Virus record (IMG/VR): IMGVR_UViG_3300025592_000986 | DNA: 64,000 nucleotides | Direction: 5' to 3' (one strand) | Source of the DNA: a virus | Part shown: in pieces, positions 35,258 through 44,362 of the stretch | How positions within the stretch are numbered: the first letter of the stretch is position 1 | Layout: the number at the start of each line of letters is the position of its first letter | The notes under the pieces: generated by a model | Databases searched by the model: none | Seen by the model: the letters and a program-made list of their open reading frames with translations, nothing else | What the model was told of the DNA's origin: nothing | Program-made: the position numbers and the translations under genes

Positions 35258-35716
35258 CTAAAAAGTTGAACAAGCAGCAAAGATGTTAACCCTTGCTGCG
35301 TTTGCGTTGACGAATGCCACCCTGTCAATTCCAGCTATTTCATATATCCTCTGTTCTCTTGCCGAGGGGACGTGGTTCGCTGGAGTTGTTGAAGAGTTCG
35401 GCGGGTCTATCGATGCTGCTGTGGCGGCGGTGTTAGCCGAAGCTAGATTGGTCTCGGGTATCTCGAACCATCTTTGGAAAGCGTGACAGTATCCAAAGAT
35501 AGTTGTTGCTGTAGCATTCGTGTCGCCGCCGTCGTTTGTTTCTTCTATCAAGACGTGAAGATATCTTTGGTTTTCTGTTGCATACCCCGCAGTGGAGGCT
35601 ACGATGCCAACAAGAGTTGAAGTGTCCGCCAGAGCCGTGATTTCACCACCCTGCGAGCCCGCAACATTCTTTGGGCCCCTTGTTCGACCCCAGCTTGTGT
35701 TTTTATAAACTGACAT
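35258..35716 (-). CDS. hypothetical virion protein, tandem paralogue 1
   Basis: Same N-terminus plus shared AGYATENQR, FGYCHAFQRWFEIPETNLASAN and GIDRVAFV. Confidence 0.75.
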   Translation of the reverse strand: MSVYKNTSWGRTRGPKNVAGSQGGEITALADTSTLVGIVASTAGYATENQRYLHVLIEETNDGGDTNATATTIFGYCHAFQRWFEIPETNLASANTAATAASIDPPNSSTTPANHVPSAREQRIYEIAGIDRVAFVNANAARVNIFAACSTF

Positions 35717-35744
35717 TATATAATCCTTCGTTATTCATACATAG

Positions 35745-35966
35745 TTAATACTTGTTTCTCTTTGCAGTATCTTCTTGAGAAAGTCTACGCTTTGTTCGTT
35801 TTTTGATTCTTTTCTTTTCAGACTTGCTGATAAAATATTTCTTCTCTCTAAGGAGGTCAATTAAACCCGCTTTCTTCACTTTTTTTGAAAACTTTCTTAT
35901 CAGGATATCATTTTCATCTAGACTTCTACTGTCGGACTCAACCGAAACATTTACTGCTTTTCCCAT
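35745..35966 (-). CDS. rpsU: phage-encoded ribosomal protein bS21 homologue
   Basis: 73 aa, basic; V.V....LIRKFSKKVKKAGLIDLLREKKYFISKSEKKRIKK matches the bS21 pattern LRRFKR...AG...E.R.R..Y.KPS..RK. Confidence 0.82.
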   Translation of the reverse strand: MGKAVNVSVESDSRSLDENDILIRKFSKKVKKAGLIDLLREKKYFISKSEKKRIKKRTKRRLSQEDTAKRNKY

Positions 35967-35984
35967 CTTTACCTTCTTTCTTGC

Positions 35985-36395
35985 TTAAATTAAGTTTTTC
36001 CAGCGTGCGCCGCCGATTTTCAATATTCCATCTATGTTTATGCCTGGATCTTCAGGTGCTACGTCCGCCAAGGGGTTTGCTCCAGGTTGTGATTTGCTGG
36101 AAGACCTTAGCGGCTTCACGTCCTCAAAAATGTTTACACCGTTGTAACCATCAGAACCGATAGCCTTTGCCATTCGGTCTTTCGTCTCTTTTAGCTGTTG
36201 CCTCTTTTTCGTTTCCGCGAGGTGCTGGCTGACAGGCTCTTGCTTCAGGGATATGGATTCATCTATTCTAGAAGCCCCAAGACCTTGAACCACTTCAGAA
36301 ACAATGTTGGATAGCATCCCCTCTTCTAGGATAACCTCCTTTATACACTGTTTTATCAAGGGCTTCAATATCGTCTTCAGTTCGCTACTTTTCAT
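35985..36395 (-). CDS. hypothetical head-region protein
   Basis: MKSSELKTILKPLIKQCIKEVILEEG N-terminus; coupled to the protease gene. Confidence 0.7.
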   Translation of the reverse strand: MKSSELKTILKPLIKQCIKEVILEEGMLSNIVSEVVQGLGASRIDESISLKQEPVSQHLAETKKRQQLKETKDRMAKAIGSDGYNGVNIFEDVKPLRSSSKSQPGANPLADVAPEDPGINIDGILKIGGARWKNLI

Positions 36396-36988
36396 AGTTT
36401 CGTCCTTAGTATATTTTCGATTAGATTGTTTATCTTAACTTTCTCGTTGTTGACCTCTAACTCCTTGCCCTCTTTCACCATGTAGGCACCAGGGGTTGAT
36501 GGGTCAGCGACCATATCAAAGCAGATTAATTGAAAGTCGTCTTCCACCATAGTGACCCCGTTACTCTCAGTAACAGAGCCCATACCCCTAGAGGATATGC
36601 CGCAAGGAACACGAGCGTGTATGAGACTTTCCAAGATCTTTCCGGCCGGGGTTTGCAGCACTTCAATCTTGCCCATACACTTATTGCCTTCCATCCAAAT
36701 GTCTGTCACCAGGTGCGAGCAGTTTTGCAAATTAACAACTCCAGACTCGGGATGATCAAGTTCCCCTAAAGCTCGGCGGCCCTTAACGGACTCCTTGTAC
36801 CTCTCGACTTCTCTTTCTAGAATCGCGTGGGGATAGACTCTACCGTTACCGTTTTGCCTTTCTGACATTTGCATAACGCCCGAAAGTATAGTAGCTCCGT
36901 TTGCAACTCTCTCTTTCTCAGCTTCCGTGAGATAGTCTTGGCAGACGCCGCCTTCGCAAAGTTCGTAATATTCTCTTAATAACTTCAT
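36392..36988 (-). CDS. gp21: prohead core protease (T4 gp21-like)
   Basis: NGNGRVYP, ALGELDHP, SHLV, TPAGKIL, GISSRGMGS, FDMVADPSTPGAY; likely start MKLLRE after GGAG. Confidence 0.95.
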   Translation of the reverse strand: MKLLREYYELCEGGVCQDYLTEAEKERVANGATILSGVMQMSERQNGNGRVYPHAILEREVERYKESVKGRRALGELDHPESGVVNLQNCSHLVTDIWMEGNKCMGKIEVLQTPAGKILESLIHARVPCGISSRGMGSVTESNGVTMVEDDFQLICFDMVADPSTPGAYMVKEGKELEVNNEKVKINNLIENILRTKL

Positions 36989-37024
36989 CAATCGTTCTCC
37001 AGTAGCGGGGGCGACCCGCATCAT

Positions 37025-37090
37025 CTATGAGCCTTTACAGCAATTCGCTACAGGTCTGATCATCCATCTAATTTTTGTTAATGGTCTCAT
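37025..37090 (-). CDS. unannotated 21-aa Cys-Cys peptide MRPLTKIRWMIRPVANCCKGS
   Basis: TAAGGAG SD, ATGA overlap with the upstream stop, ends in TAG. Confidence 0.6.
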   Translation of the reverse strand: MRPLTKIRWMIRPVANCCKGS

Positions 37091-37407
37091 TTTAACTCCT
37101 TACCAACGTGGATTACTTTCTCCACTTTTATACCATTGTCATCAAAGACGACACCAAGCATATAAGATACAGCCGAGCTTGTGCTGGCGCAAAGAAAGGC
37201 TGTCACATATGAACTGTCAAGATTAATTAGTTGTGTATAGGAGGATAAGTACCATAAAAATATTCCAACCCAAAAGCCGGTGCACATCGTGCAATTAAGA
37301 AGTTTTCCAAAAAAACCCTTAGAAGGCCTAACCTTGTCAAATATCTTTCCATATACAATGATTTGTGTTGCGCCGTAAGATGAAAGGCAGAACCAGAGCA
37401 AGTCCAC
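37087..37407 (-). CDS. membrane protein with CxxCxxxW motif (DUF1360-like)
   Basis: IFDKVR...LLNCTMCTGFWVG; three hydrophobic segments. Confidence 0.7.
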   Translation of the reverse strand: MDLLWFCLSSYGATQIIVYGKIFDKVRPSKGFFGKLLNCTMCTGFWVGIFLWYLSSYTQLINLDSSYVTAFLCASTSSAVSYMLGVVFDDNGIKVEKVIHVGKELK

Positions 37408-38021
37408 TATTTTTGTCCTTCCCTCAACAGGGAATACATATACTGATATCCGTACGGTCGAGTTCTGTGGTCTAGTGAGCCCTTCGTATCTGATTGTGGT
37501 ACTTCACCAAGTTCTGTTGAGTCTTCTTCATCTGGATCCAAATGATAAGTCATTAAGTCGTGTTGCAGATGCTTCCTGGCCAAAATGTCTGGCCTTTCTT
37601 CTTCCATAAAGAGGCTTACTGCAAAGAGTGCGCTCTGGACCTCGTCTACACCATTTATGACTGATTCATGTAACTTGCATTCCAGAGAAGAATAAACGTT
37701 GCCGCCCTGTACATCCCCTTGGTCTATCACGCCCTTCTTGTAAAGGAATTGAAAAAACCTGTTTTGAACTGGATATGTTTCTCGTTGGACCATATCCTTG
37801 GGGAAGACTACCACCTTCTTTTTGGACGGAGAGACGACGACATCAATTAGATCGTGTTCGTAAACCATAATATCGCCGTTCAATGCGCGGCGGGCTAACA
37901 TCTCCACTTTTGTAGCTTCGTCTTTTAGTATCTTTATTTTTATTGCACCAGATGCTCCAAGGCCTTCTTGCGACAGAGCGTCGTCTGGAACTATCTTTAT
38001 GTTAACTGACATAGCTTTCAA
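37407..38021 (-). CDS. hypothetical protein
   Basis: 204-aa ORF between portal and protease. Confidence 0.7.
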   Translation of the reverse strand: MKAMSVNIKIVPDDALSQEGLGASGAIKIKILKDEATKVEMLARRALNGDIMVYEHDLIDVVVSPSKKKVVVFPKDMVQRETYPVQNRFFQFLYKKGVIDQGDVQGGNVYSSLECKLHESVINGVDEVQSALFAVSLFMEEERPDILARKHLQHDLMTYHLDPDEEDSTELGEVPQSDTKGSLDHRTRPYGYQYMYSLLREGQK

Positions 38022-38826
38022 TCTCTTTCTTAAGTTGCTGAACCTTTAAGACCTTTTCAACCATACCGTTAGTAACTTCTTCGTTGGCCATTGCCTCAAG
38101 AGACGAGACGACTTCCGATACTCTATTCTTTAAGTCCTCGTTTTCTATTTTAGTTCCGACTTCTCTCAGACTAGACTTCAAATCTCCAACCTCTTCATTC
38201 AAAAACATCTTTAGCTCAAGGCCGCCGTCGGCAAATGATGTAACGAATTTTGTCATAAGGCTTTTCTGAGATTCGGTTAACTCCTCGTGATACTTTTCGT
38301 TAAAGTTCTTGACGAAAGACCTGTATATCAGATTATTTATTGGGTGTTTTGGTTGGTGTGATTCTGCCTGTTGTCCCTTTATTGCAGACTTTATTAAACT
38401 CTGTTCCAAGAGGACCTTACTCTTGATGGAGGTCGAACTATTGAAAATTGAGTAAATTGTTGCAAGGTTTTTGTAATTCGGCACGAAGTTATCGTAAACG
38501 TTTACTCCAAGTTGCTTGTTTATCTTCTCAATCATTTCAGATTGTTCTTTAAAGATAGCGTCCTGATCAAGCTTTGAGTGTTGGATCTTTGCTTCCATAA
38601 CAACCTTTTCGATTGTATCACTGGCAAGTTCTTCCAAACCAGTTAGACTATGGTAAGTGTCTAGTTCTTTTTTTAGATTTTTATTCCTTGAGAAGCTCTC
38701 TTTGATTATCTTGGTTATTTTAGTCTTCCTGCCTGTATCTTTCTTGATGATGCTCTTTGTCAACTCTCTGACCAGGACTTCATATATGAAAGCGGTATTT
38801 CTTTTTTTGTTATGCTTTATCTTCAT
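38002..38826 (-). CDS. hypothetical helical protein downstream of portal
   Basis: 274 aa, MKIKHNKKRNTAFIYE N-terminus. Confidence 0.75.
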   Translation of the reverse strand: MKIKHNKKRNTAFIYEVLVRELTKSIIKKDTGRKTKITKIIKESFSRNKNLKKELDTYHSLTGLEELASDTIEKVVMEAKIQHSKLDQDAIFKEQSEMIEKINKQLGVNVYDNFVPNYKNLATIYSIFNSSTSIKSKVLLEQSLIKSAIKGQQAESHQPKHPINNLIYRSFVKNFNEKYHEELTESQKSLMTKFVTSFADGGLELKMFLNEEVGDLKSSLREVGTKIENEDLKNRVSEVVSSLEAMANEEVTNGMVEKVLKVQQLKKEIESYVS

Positions 38827-40771
38827 TTTTGCCCCTCAACTCCAAATTCTCAATTAACTGCTTTAGCTCCTGTCCAACTTGGCCAATAATTGCTTCCTCG
38901 TTATTATAAGTAGTATCTTTGCGTTCATAAAGACTCTTCAATTCGTGGTAGCCCTTGTGTGTGTTTCTTCTAGAGGATGAAGCGATTGAGGCTCCTCCTT
39001 GAGCTAGTTGAGATCTGCGATGGGCACCTTGCGGGCGGCTATCGTTTTTTACGGGAGTGTATTCTTTCCTCCTCTTAGCCGGCGAGCGGCCCCTATTGTC
39101 CACACTATCGTCTCTCTTGCCAGGGGCTGCCAGTAAGCTACTCTCAGGATCATCAGAATCTGCAGCTACATCATCCAAGCCGGGTTCTTCCTGTCCGACC
39201 GTACCGGTTCCGCCTTCTGGCGCACCGGCATCATCAAGGTCAAGAGGATCTTCACCACCAGATGTTGGATCGTCAAAAGAACCTGCGCCAGTGATCTCAG
39301 CCTGAACTTGTTCGGCCACTGCTTCGAGGGTAGCCTCGAATTTTCTGTCATAGAACATCTCTCTCTGATTTCTGAGAAACTCTTCTTCTGACATATTGAA
39401 CATCTTGGTGGCAACCCACCTCTTACTAAAGTATCCCTCGGTTGCATTTGAGGCTGCGTCGAACTTGACCTTCCAATGTTCGAGTTCTTGTAACTCTGCT
39501 ATCTTAGATGGGTTTGACAAAGATATTTTGAAAGACGTGAGGTCAGCGCCCCTAAATCCAAGTATATAAAGGTGCACCAGCCCGACCTTTTCCAACTCCG
39601 TCACTACCGAGCGTTGCATTCTCTGGACAGTTCTAGCAAATCTTATATCTTTTTGAGCTAGCGTCGCCTTATCTTCTTCTGCGCCTTCAGTTGCGGAAAG
39701 GTATGATGGTGGTATTTTCAGTGCTGAAAAAAGCTTGTCGCGGAGATATTTAACATCGTCTATGTCTCCAGTATAGGTTCCACCCGGCAGTGTTTCTATT
39801 TTTGTGCTAACTCCGCCACGTACTGGTACAAAATAATCCTCATCTATAGACATCGGATTGTATCTTAAGTCAACCCTTCCTGTGTTCGGGTCAACAACTT
39901 GATGCCTCTTCATTTGTGTCATAACTTTTTGCATATATTGTTCAACATCTTGTGGTGCGATACCTCCAGTGTCGATGTAGAACACCCTTCTCTCTGGAGA
40001 TCTTACAATTCTATACGCCATCATAGCATCCTCAAGGAGAGTTAATTGACGCCAAATTCGTCGGGCAGGTTCGAGGGCGCTCGTCCCGTATGGTGCGTGT
40101 TTGTCGTTGCCCAGGATTCTAAAGTGAGCAATTTGCCAATTTTCGAAAGTCATTCCGGCACTATTCCATTGGTACTGAATATAGTTAGGATTTGATTTAT
40201 CCTCCCCTTCAAGACGTTCTATCTCTTGACCGGGTAAACCTATGCAACTTTTTATACCAAGGGTTTCATCGATGTCCATATATAAAAAGAAGTCTCCATA
40301 CTTGCACATCGTTCTTGACCAACCAAAGAGATTAAACTCGATGTTCATTATATTGTGATATAGAGAGTCAAGTATGTTTTTGATTTCGTCATTAGGACAA
40401 TCTATCGTAAGCAAAGGCTGCAAGTTAGAACTTGTGGTCATCTCATCTGCATAGATGTCAAGAGCAGAAGCGATCTCAGGTGTGTACTCCATCTGATCGA
40501 AGTCTACATATCTTTCAAGCCGGTTTTGATTGGCCATGACGCCAGCCATAAGATTGTCGAATGGATTATATTGGGTCTTTTTGAACTGCTGACCGCTCGC
40601 TGATTTGAATCTCTGTGCGTATTTGTCTAATTGTCGGCGTCGCAACCTTCTAGCTGTCTGGGTGCGGTGAACTACTAGTGGCCCAGAAAGCAACCTAGTC
40701 AAACTTTTAAATAAGCTGTTTTCTGGATTTCTGGTGTTGTTTGTGTTTATATTCTTTTTGTTAGAAGCCAT
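38810..40771 (-). CDS. gp20: portal protein (T4 gp20-like)
   Basis: PEIASALDIYADE, WRQLTLLEDAMMAYRIVRSPERRVFYID.G, EDYFVPVRG, IETLPGG, DVKYL..KLF.ALKIP. Confidence 0.95.
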   Translation of the reverse strand: MASNKKNINTNNTRNPENSLFKSLTRLLSGPLVVHRTQTARRLRRRQLDKYAQRFKSASGQQFKKTQYNPFDNLMAGVMANQNRLERYVDFDQMEYTPEIASALDIYADEMTTSSNLQPLLTIDCPNDEIKNILDSLYHNIMNIEFNLFGWSRTMCKYGDFFLYMDIDETLGIKSCIGLPGQEIERLEGEDKSNPNYIQYQWNSAGMTFENWQIAHFRILGNDKHAPYGTSALEPARRIWRQLTLLEDAMMAYRIVRSPERRVFYIDTGGIAPQDVEQYMQKVMTQMKRHQVVDPNTGRVDLRYNPMSIDEDYFVPVRGGVSTKIETLPGGTYTGDIDDVKYLRDKLFSALKIPPSYLSATEGAEEDKATLAQKDIRFARTVQRMQRSVVTELEKVGLVHLYILGFRGADLTSFKISLSNPSKIAELQELEHWKVKFDAASNATEGYFSKRWVATKMFNMSEEEFLRNQREMFYDRKFEATLEAVAEQVQAEITGAGSFDDPTSGGEDPLDLDDAGAPEGGTGTVGQEEPGLDDVAADSDDPESSLLAAPGKRDDSVDNRGRSPAKRRKEYTPVKNDSRPQGAHRRSQLAQGGASIASSSRRNTHKGYHELKSLYERKDTTYNNEEAIIGQVGQELKQLIENLELRGKNEDKA

Positions 40772-40776
40772 CAGTT

Positions 40777-42363
40777 TTATCCCTTAAATAACCACGGAAA
40801 GTTTTCGTGATTGCTTTTTGTTTTTACTATACCATCAAATACACTATCTTTTTTGTAAGAATTCATACCTGGTATACTTGTATTCAAATTCGTCTTGGTA
40901 CTAAACATAGCCCCCATTGCCGCCTTTTTGTATTCTATAGCCTTGTAGTTTTCAGAGAGTGTTGTATCTCGGACCCAACAACCAATCGAACAAGCTAATA
41001 TTAAGTCGTCATTGTAAGATCTCATAGCAGTAGGTTTACCGTTGTGCCATACGAACGTTTTCATCTCGCTTAAAAGTCTCGACGAATATATCTTAATTAG
41101 CTTGTTTCTCACGAATTCTTCAAATTTAGCTATTATTAGTGGCCTAGTCTTTGATGATGTCGTAAAGCCAGCTATTGTGTTACTTCTATACTCAGCCTCG
41201 ATGGGGTCGATGTAGTCGTGACTAGACTTTACAGAAAAATAAACATTTGGATACCCTCTATCTACCAACTTTTCAAGCACAGAATATCCAACAGAGTTAT
41301 TTTCGACCACCAACATACAATTTCCGTACTCGACACCAGCGTTGAAAAGCAGTTCAGAGAATATGTCGGGGGTAACTTTTCCTTGGTATTCTGCAATTAT
41401 CTCCATACTGTCAAGTTTTATTATGTGAAACACGGAGTAGTCTCGCCCGTCGCCTCTAGCGACGTCTGCAGAGATTAAGTATTGCACACCTTGCTGATAT
41501 TCTTGCCAAATCCAAAAGTTTCTATCGAATCCAGTCCTGTATTTGGGTTCAGTGATCAATTCCGCAATCCACTCTAGATCTTCTGGGTGGAAAACGGTTT
41601 CACCAGACATATTGAAACTGCACTCAAGCTCTTGCGCGATCTCTCTTCTAGACATATTTTTTGTCTCTCTGTCAAACCAATCTTTGTCTCGGTCTGGGTG
41701 GACCTCCCAGGGCAACACAGTTGGAAAGAAATCGTTAACCGAAGATTCAGATTCTGAGTATATTTTATGAAACCAATTACCGACGCCGTTTGGAGTGGAA
41801 AGCGCGATGCATCGCCCACCAGTAGACAGTGTAGGATACAGCCCCATCCACAACTCATCCAGTCCGTCGATGTGAGCAGCTTCGTCTATAACTAACAAAG
41901 ACAAGGCCTCTGAACGCCCTGCGTCGCCGGAGGTAGAAGAAGCTTTTATTTGAGAGCCGTTTGATAATTCGAAGGAAGTCCTGTTGTCTATAGTCACATG
42001 TGCGATGGTCAACCAGTCGGGAACGTTTCTTAGTATGTTTTTGACCTTCTTAACCAGGTTTGCGGCGGTGCCGAACTTTGTAGCAATAACCAGAACGTTC
42101 TTTTCTTTATGAAACAACATTTGCCATACAACAAAGCCTGCAGTAATCGTAGAGATACCTAGCTGCCTAGCCTTCAATATAACATTGAAACGGTGATCTA
42201 TAAAATTCTCTACTAAGTCTTCCTGAAATGGGTATAACTTGAATGGAATCAGCCCACGCTGCGGGTGAGTGATCTTGGCGTAGTTATTGATAAAGTAGTT
42301 TGGATTCTTGCCACACTTTATTATTTCTTTGCGGATATCTTGCTTGGTGAGTTTAAAAGACAT
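40777..42363 (-). CDS. gp17: terminase large subunit (T4 gp17-like)
   Basis: LKARQLGIST (Walker A), LLVIDEAA (Walker B), STPNG, ADVARGDG.DYS, NDDL. Confidence 0.95.
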   Translation of the reverse strand: MSFKLTKQDIRKEIIKCGKNPNYFINNYAKITHPQRGLIPFKLYPFQEDLVENFIDHRFNVILKARQLGISTITAGFVVWQMLFHKEKNVLVIATKFGTAANLVKKVKNILRNVPDWLTIAHVTIDNRTSFELSNGSQIKASSTSGDAGRSEALSLLVIDEAAHIDGLDELWMGLYPTLSTGGRCIALSTPNGVGNWFHKIYSESESSVNDFFPTVLPWEVHPDRDKDWFDRETKNMSRREIAQELECSFNMSGETVFHPEDLEWIAELITEPKYRTGFDRNFWIWQEYQQGVQYLISADVARGDGRDYSVFHIIKLDSMEIIAEYQGKVTPDIFSELLFNAGVEYGNCMLVVENNSVGYSVLEKLVDRGYPNVYFSVKSSHDYIDPIEAEYRSNTIAGFTTSSKTRPLIIAKFEEFVRNKLIKIYSSRLLSEMKTFVWHNGKPTAMRSYNDDLILACSIGCWVRDTTLSENYKAIEYKKAAMGAMFSTKTNLNTSIPGMNSYKKDSVFDGIVKTKSNHENFPWLFKG

Positions 42364-42367
42364 CTAG

Positions 42368-42949
42368 TTACTTTAGGTCTGAGTTTCTTTGCCCTGTGGT
42401 CACATTAAAAGGGTCAAACTGTTTATAGTTATCGCTTTTTGACTTATCATTCTGTGGCCTTTTAGCTTTACCGCCAAGCTCCAAGAATTTCTTAAAAGTG
42501 TCATCTAGTTTTCTTTCTGGTTCTTTCGCAAGTAAACTTGACGCTAGCTTAAACTTCTGAACGGCGGTGACACTAGTTCTAATTTTAGAAATATACTGGA
42601 CTAGTATATCTACCTCTCCATCCTTTGTTAACTGCAAGGCTGATCCAGTTGCGCTCTTGTATTCTTTCTTTAAGTGCTTGGCAAGGTCAGCCATAGTAGA
42701 TTCAATGTCGCTTTCAAATGACGTGTTGTGCACTTCCTTGATTTTAGTTTCAAGGTTGTAAGTGAGAACAAGGGTCTCACCCTGTATTCTAGCGTTGAAC
42801 CCATCCATAACCCTAGGGTCAAATATAGGGTTCCCGTCCTCTCTTTTGAGGCCAGATTTAACTGGCTCTCCATCTTTGTCTGTCGCTCCGTCGTAATTGC
42901 TTGACAGCGCTTGTGATATTCCGTTGATAACGTCTAATATAGTAGCCAT
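42368..42949 (-). CDS. hypothetical protein
   Basis: 193-aa ORF with GAGG SD and upstream late motif. Confidence 0.7.
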   Translation of the reverse strand: MATILDVINGISQALSSNYDGATDKDGEPVKSGLKREDGNPIFDPRVMDGFNARIQGETLVLTYNLETKIKEVHNTSFESDIESTMADLAKHLKKEYKSATGSALQLTKDGEVDILVQYISKIRTSVTAVQKFKLASSLLAKEPERKLDDTFKKFLELGGKAKRPQNDKSKSDNYKQFDPFNVTTGQRNSDLK

Positions 42950-42969
42950 TTAAAAACCTCGCTTTATAC

Positions 42970-42979
42970 TATAAATAGT
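42970..42979 (-). promoter_or_regulatory. putative late promoter ACTATTTATA (terminase-portal operon)
   Basis: Recurrent motif. Confidence 0.65.
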
Positions 42980-42983
42980 ATTT

Positions 42984-43379
42984 TTATTTACCAAAACCCC
43001 TAGTATTATTGGGTCTCCAACCAGAGAGCCAACGTTGTGTACGACCCTCCACATATTGTATGTAGCACCCAAAACAACAATCGTACTTGGTAAAATACAC
43101 GTCGTCTCTAGAATTAAAGGAGTATGAGTCACACGTTTTACAGGAGCGGTCCATAGTTTGAACCTCCGACTTCCTAGATATGAAAAACCCAGACCTCTCT
43201 TCCCTTTCAGACTCCACCTTACTTAATTCAAGTTTTTTGTAAAACTCTTTCATTTGTTCTATATAGGTTTTCTCTTTTTCATCAGTCCAGTCGTTCTTGG
43301 GGTGAGCAACGGCTTCTTCGCCATATTTCTCTCTTACGGCCTTTTCTATTTTGGCCACCTGATTAAGATCTTTCTTCAA
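42984..43379 (-). CDS. hypothetical protein with C-terminal Cys cluster
   Basis: CKTC...CCFGC; likely TTG start (LKKDLNQ) next to the upstream stop. Confidence 0.65.
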   Translation of the reverse strand: MKKDLNQVAKIEKAVREKYGEEAVAHPKNDWTDEKEKTYIEQMKEFYKKLELSKVESEREERSGFFISRKSEVQTMDRSCKTCDSYSFNSRDDVYFTKYDCCFGCYIQYVEGRTQRWLSGWRPNNTRGFGK

Positions 43380-43819
43380 TTTACAGCTTCCACGATCAGG
43401 ATAGAGGATACAACACCTGCAAGAAAACCTGCTGAAACAAAAACATACCAATAACTGTTCGGTTGTTTCAGGGCAAGTGCCTCTAGTTTTTTATTTTCAA
43501 CTTTCAAAATCTGTATTTTTTTGCCGCTTACCGATTTGTAATACTCATATTCTACCTGAAGCTTTCCCATTTTCAAGGTGAATTCCGCTTTCTGTCTAGA
43601 GATCGCGGTATCGATTTTCAATTGGCATCTTTCTGGTTCTGTCTCTTTGTCGGCTAATAGCTGCGCTGCTGCATGCAAGTCGAAACAGTACGAATCAAAT
43701 GGAGTGGGTTCGCCCTTCTTTAGTCGGGCGAAACTTGGTGGGGATGCTAATGAAGTCGACAAGAAACTAGTTAGCGTTAGTAAAACCAAAAAGGTTTTCA
43801 AGCTTTTTGTCAATCTCAT
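43376..43819 (-). CDS. exported coiled-coil protein with C-terminal TM segment (spanin-like)
   Basis: Signal-peptide-like N-terminus, coiled coil, hydrophobic C-terminus. Confidence 0.5.
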   Translation of the reverse strand: MRLTKSLKTFLVLLTLTSFLSTSLASPPSFARLKKGEPTPFDSYCFDLHAAAQLLADKETEPERCQLKIDTAISRQKAEFTLKMGKLQVEYEYYKSVSGKKIQILKVENKKLEALALKQPNSYWYVFVSAGFLAGVVSSILIVEAVN

Positions 43820-44174
43820 CTGGTTGTTCCTTTGCTATTCTTGCAATCTCTTTGACTTTCTTTTTATTTTTTCTAGAAAGCTGTTCTTCTTTGAGATTGT
43901 ACTTTTCATCTATCTTACCAAGAGTTAGTCGATAATTTAAGTCAAGTTGTTCTATTTTTTTAATTTTTATCGCTTGTTGTTCTTCTAGGGCCTTGATTTG
44001 ATCTTCATACGATTTCTTCTTGGCATTCAGTACTTCAAGGGCGACCTTTGAATTTCCTCTGGACACTATCCACACTATTAAAGTCCAGACAATTAGTGCG
44101 GACACCTTCCAGTTCTTCTTGGCCCAAAGCCAAATGAATTCAAGCTTCGACATCATCACTTGCCGTGTTTCCAT
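43767..44174 (-). CDS. i-spanin-like protein
   Basis: One N-terminal TM segment followed by a long coiled coil; downstream of the holin-like gene. Confidence 0.5.
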   Translation of the reverse strand: METRQVMMSKLEFIWLWAKKNWKVSALIVWTLIVWIVSRGNSKVALEVLNAKKKSYEDQIKALEEQQAIKIKKIEQLDLNYRLTLGKIDEKYNLKEEQLSRKNKKKVKEIARIAKEQPDEIDKKLENLFGFTNAN

Positions 44175-44353
44175 TGAGCTGCCATATCTACAAGCGCCTG
44201 GGTTCCAATGTACGCTAAAGTTACCGCAACCCAGTCACTGCTAGTAACCGTGCCGACATAACAAAGTCCCGTTGCTGTTATCCAAGCCAAGAATTTTCGA
44301 GAAATAAACCTCTCCGTATATTTATCTGCAATTGATTTTAGTACCGCCACCAT
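44156..44353 (-). CDS. small holin-like membrane protein
   Basis: 65 aa, SRKFL followed by two hydrophobic segments (W..V.LAYIG.QA.VD). Confidence 0.55.
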   Translation of the reverse strand: MVAVLKSIADKYTERFISRKFLAWITATGLCYVGTVTSSDWVAVTLAYIGTQALVDMAAQWKHGK

Positions 44354-44362
44354 TATATCCTC

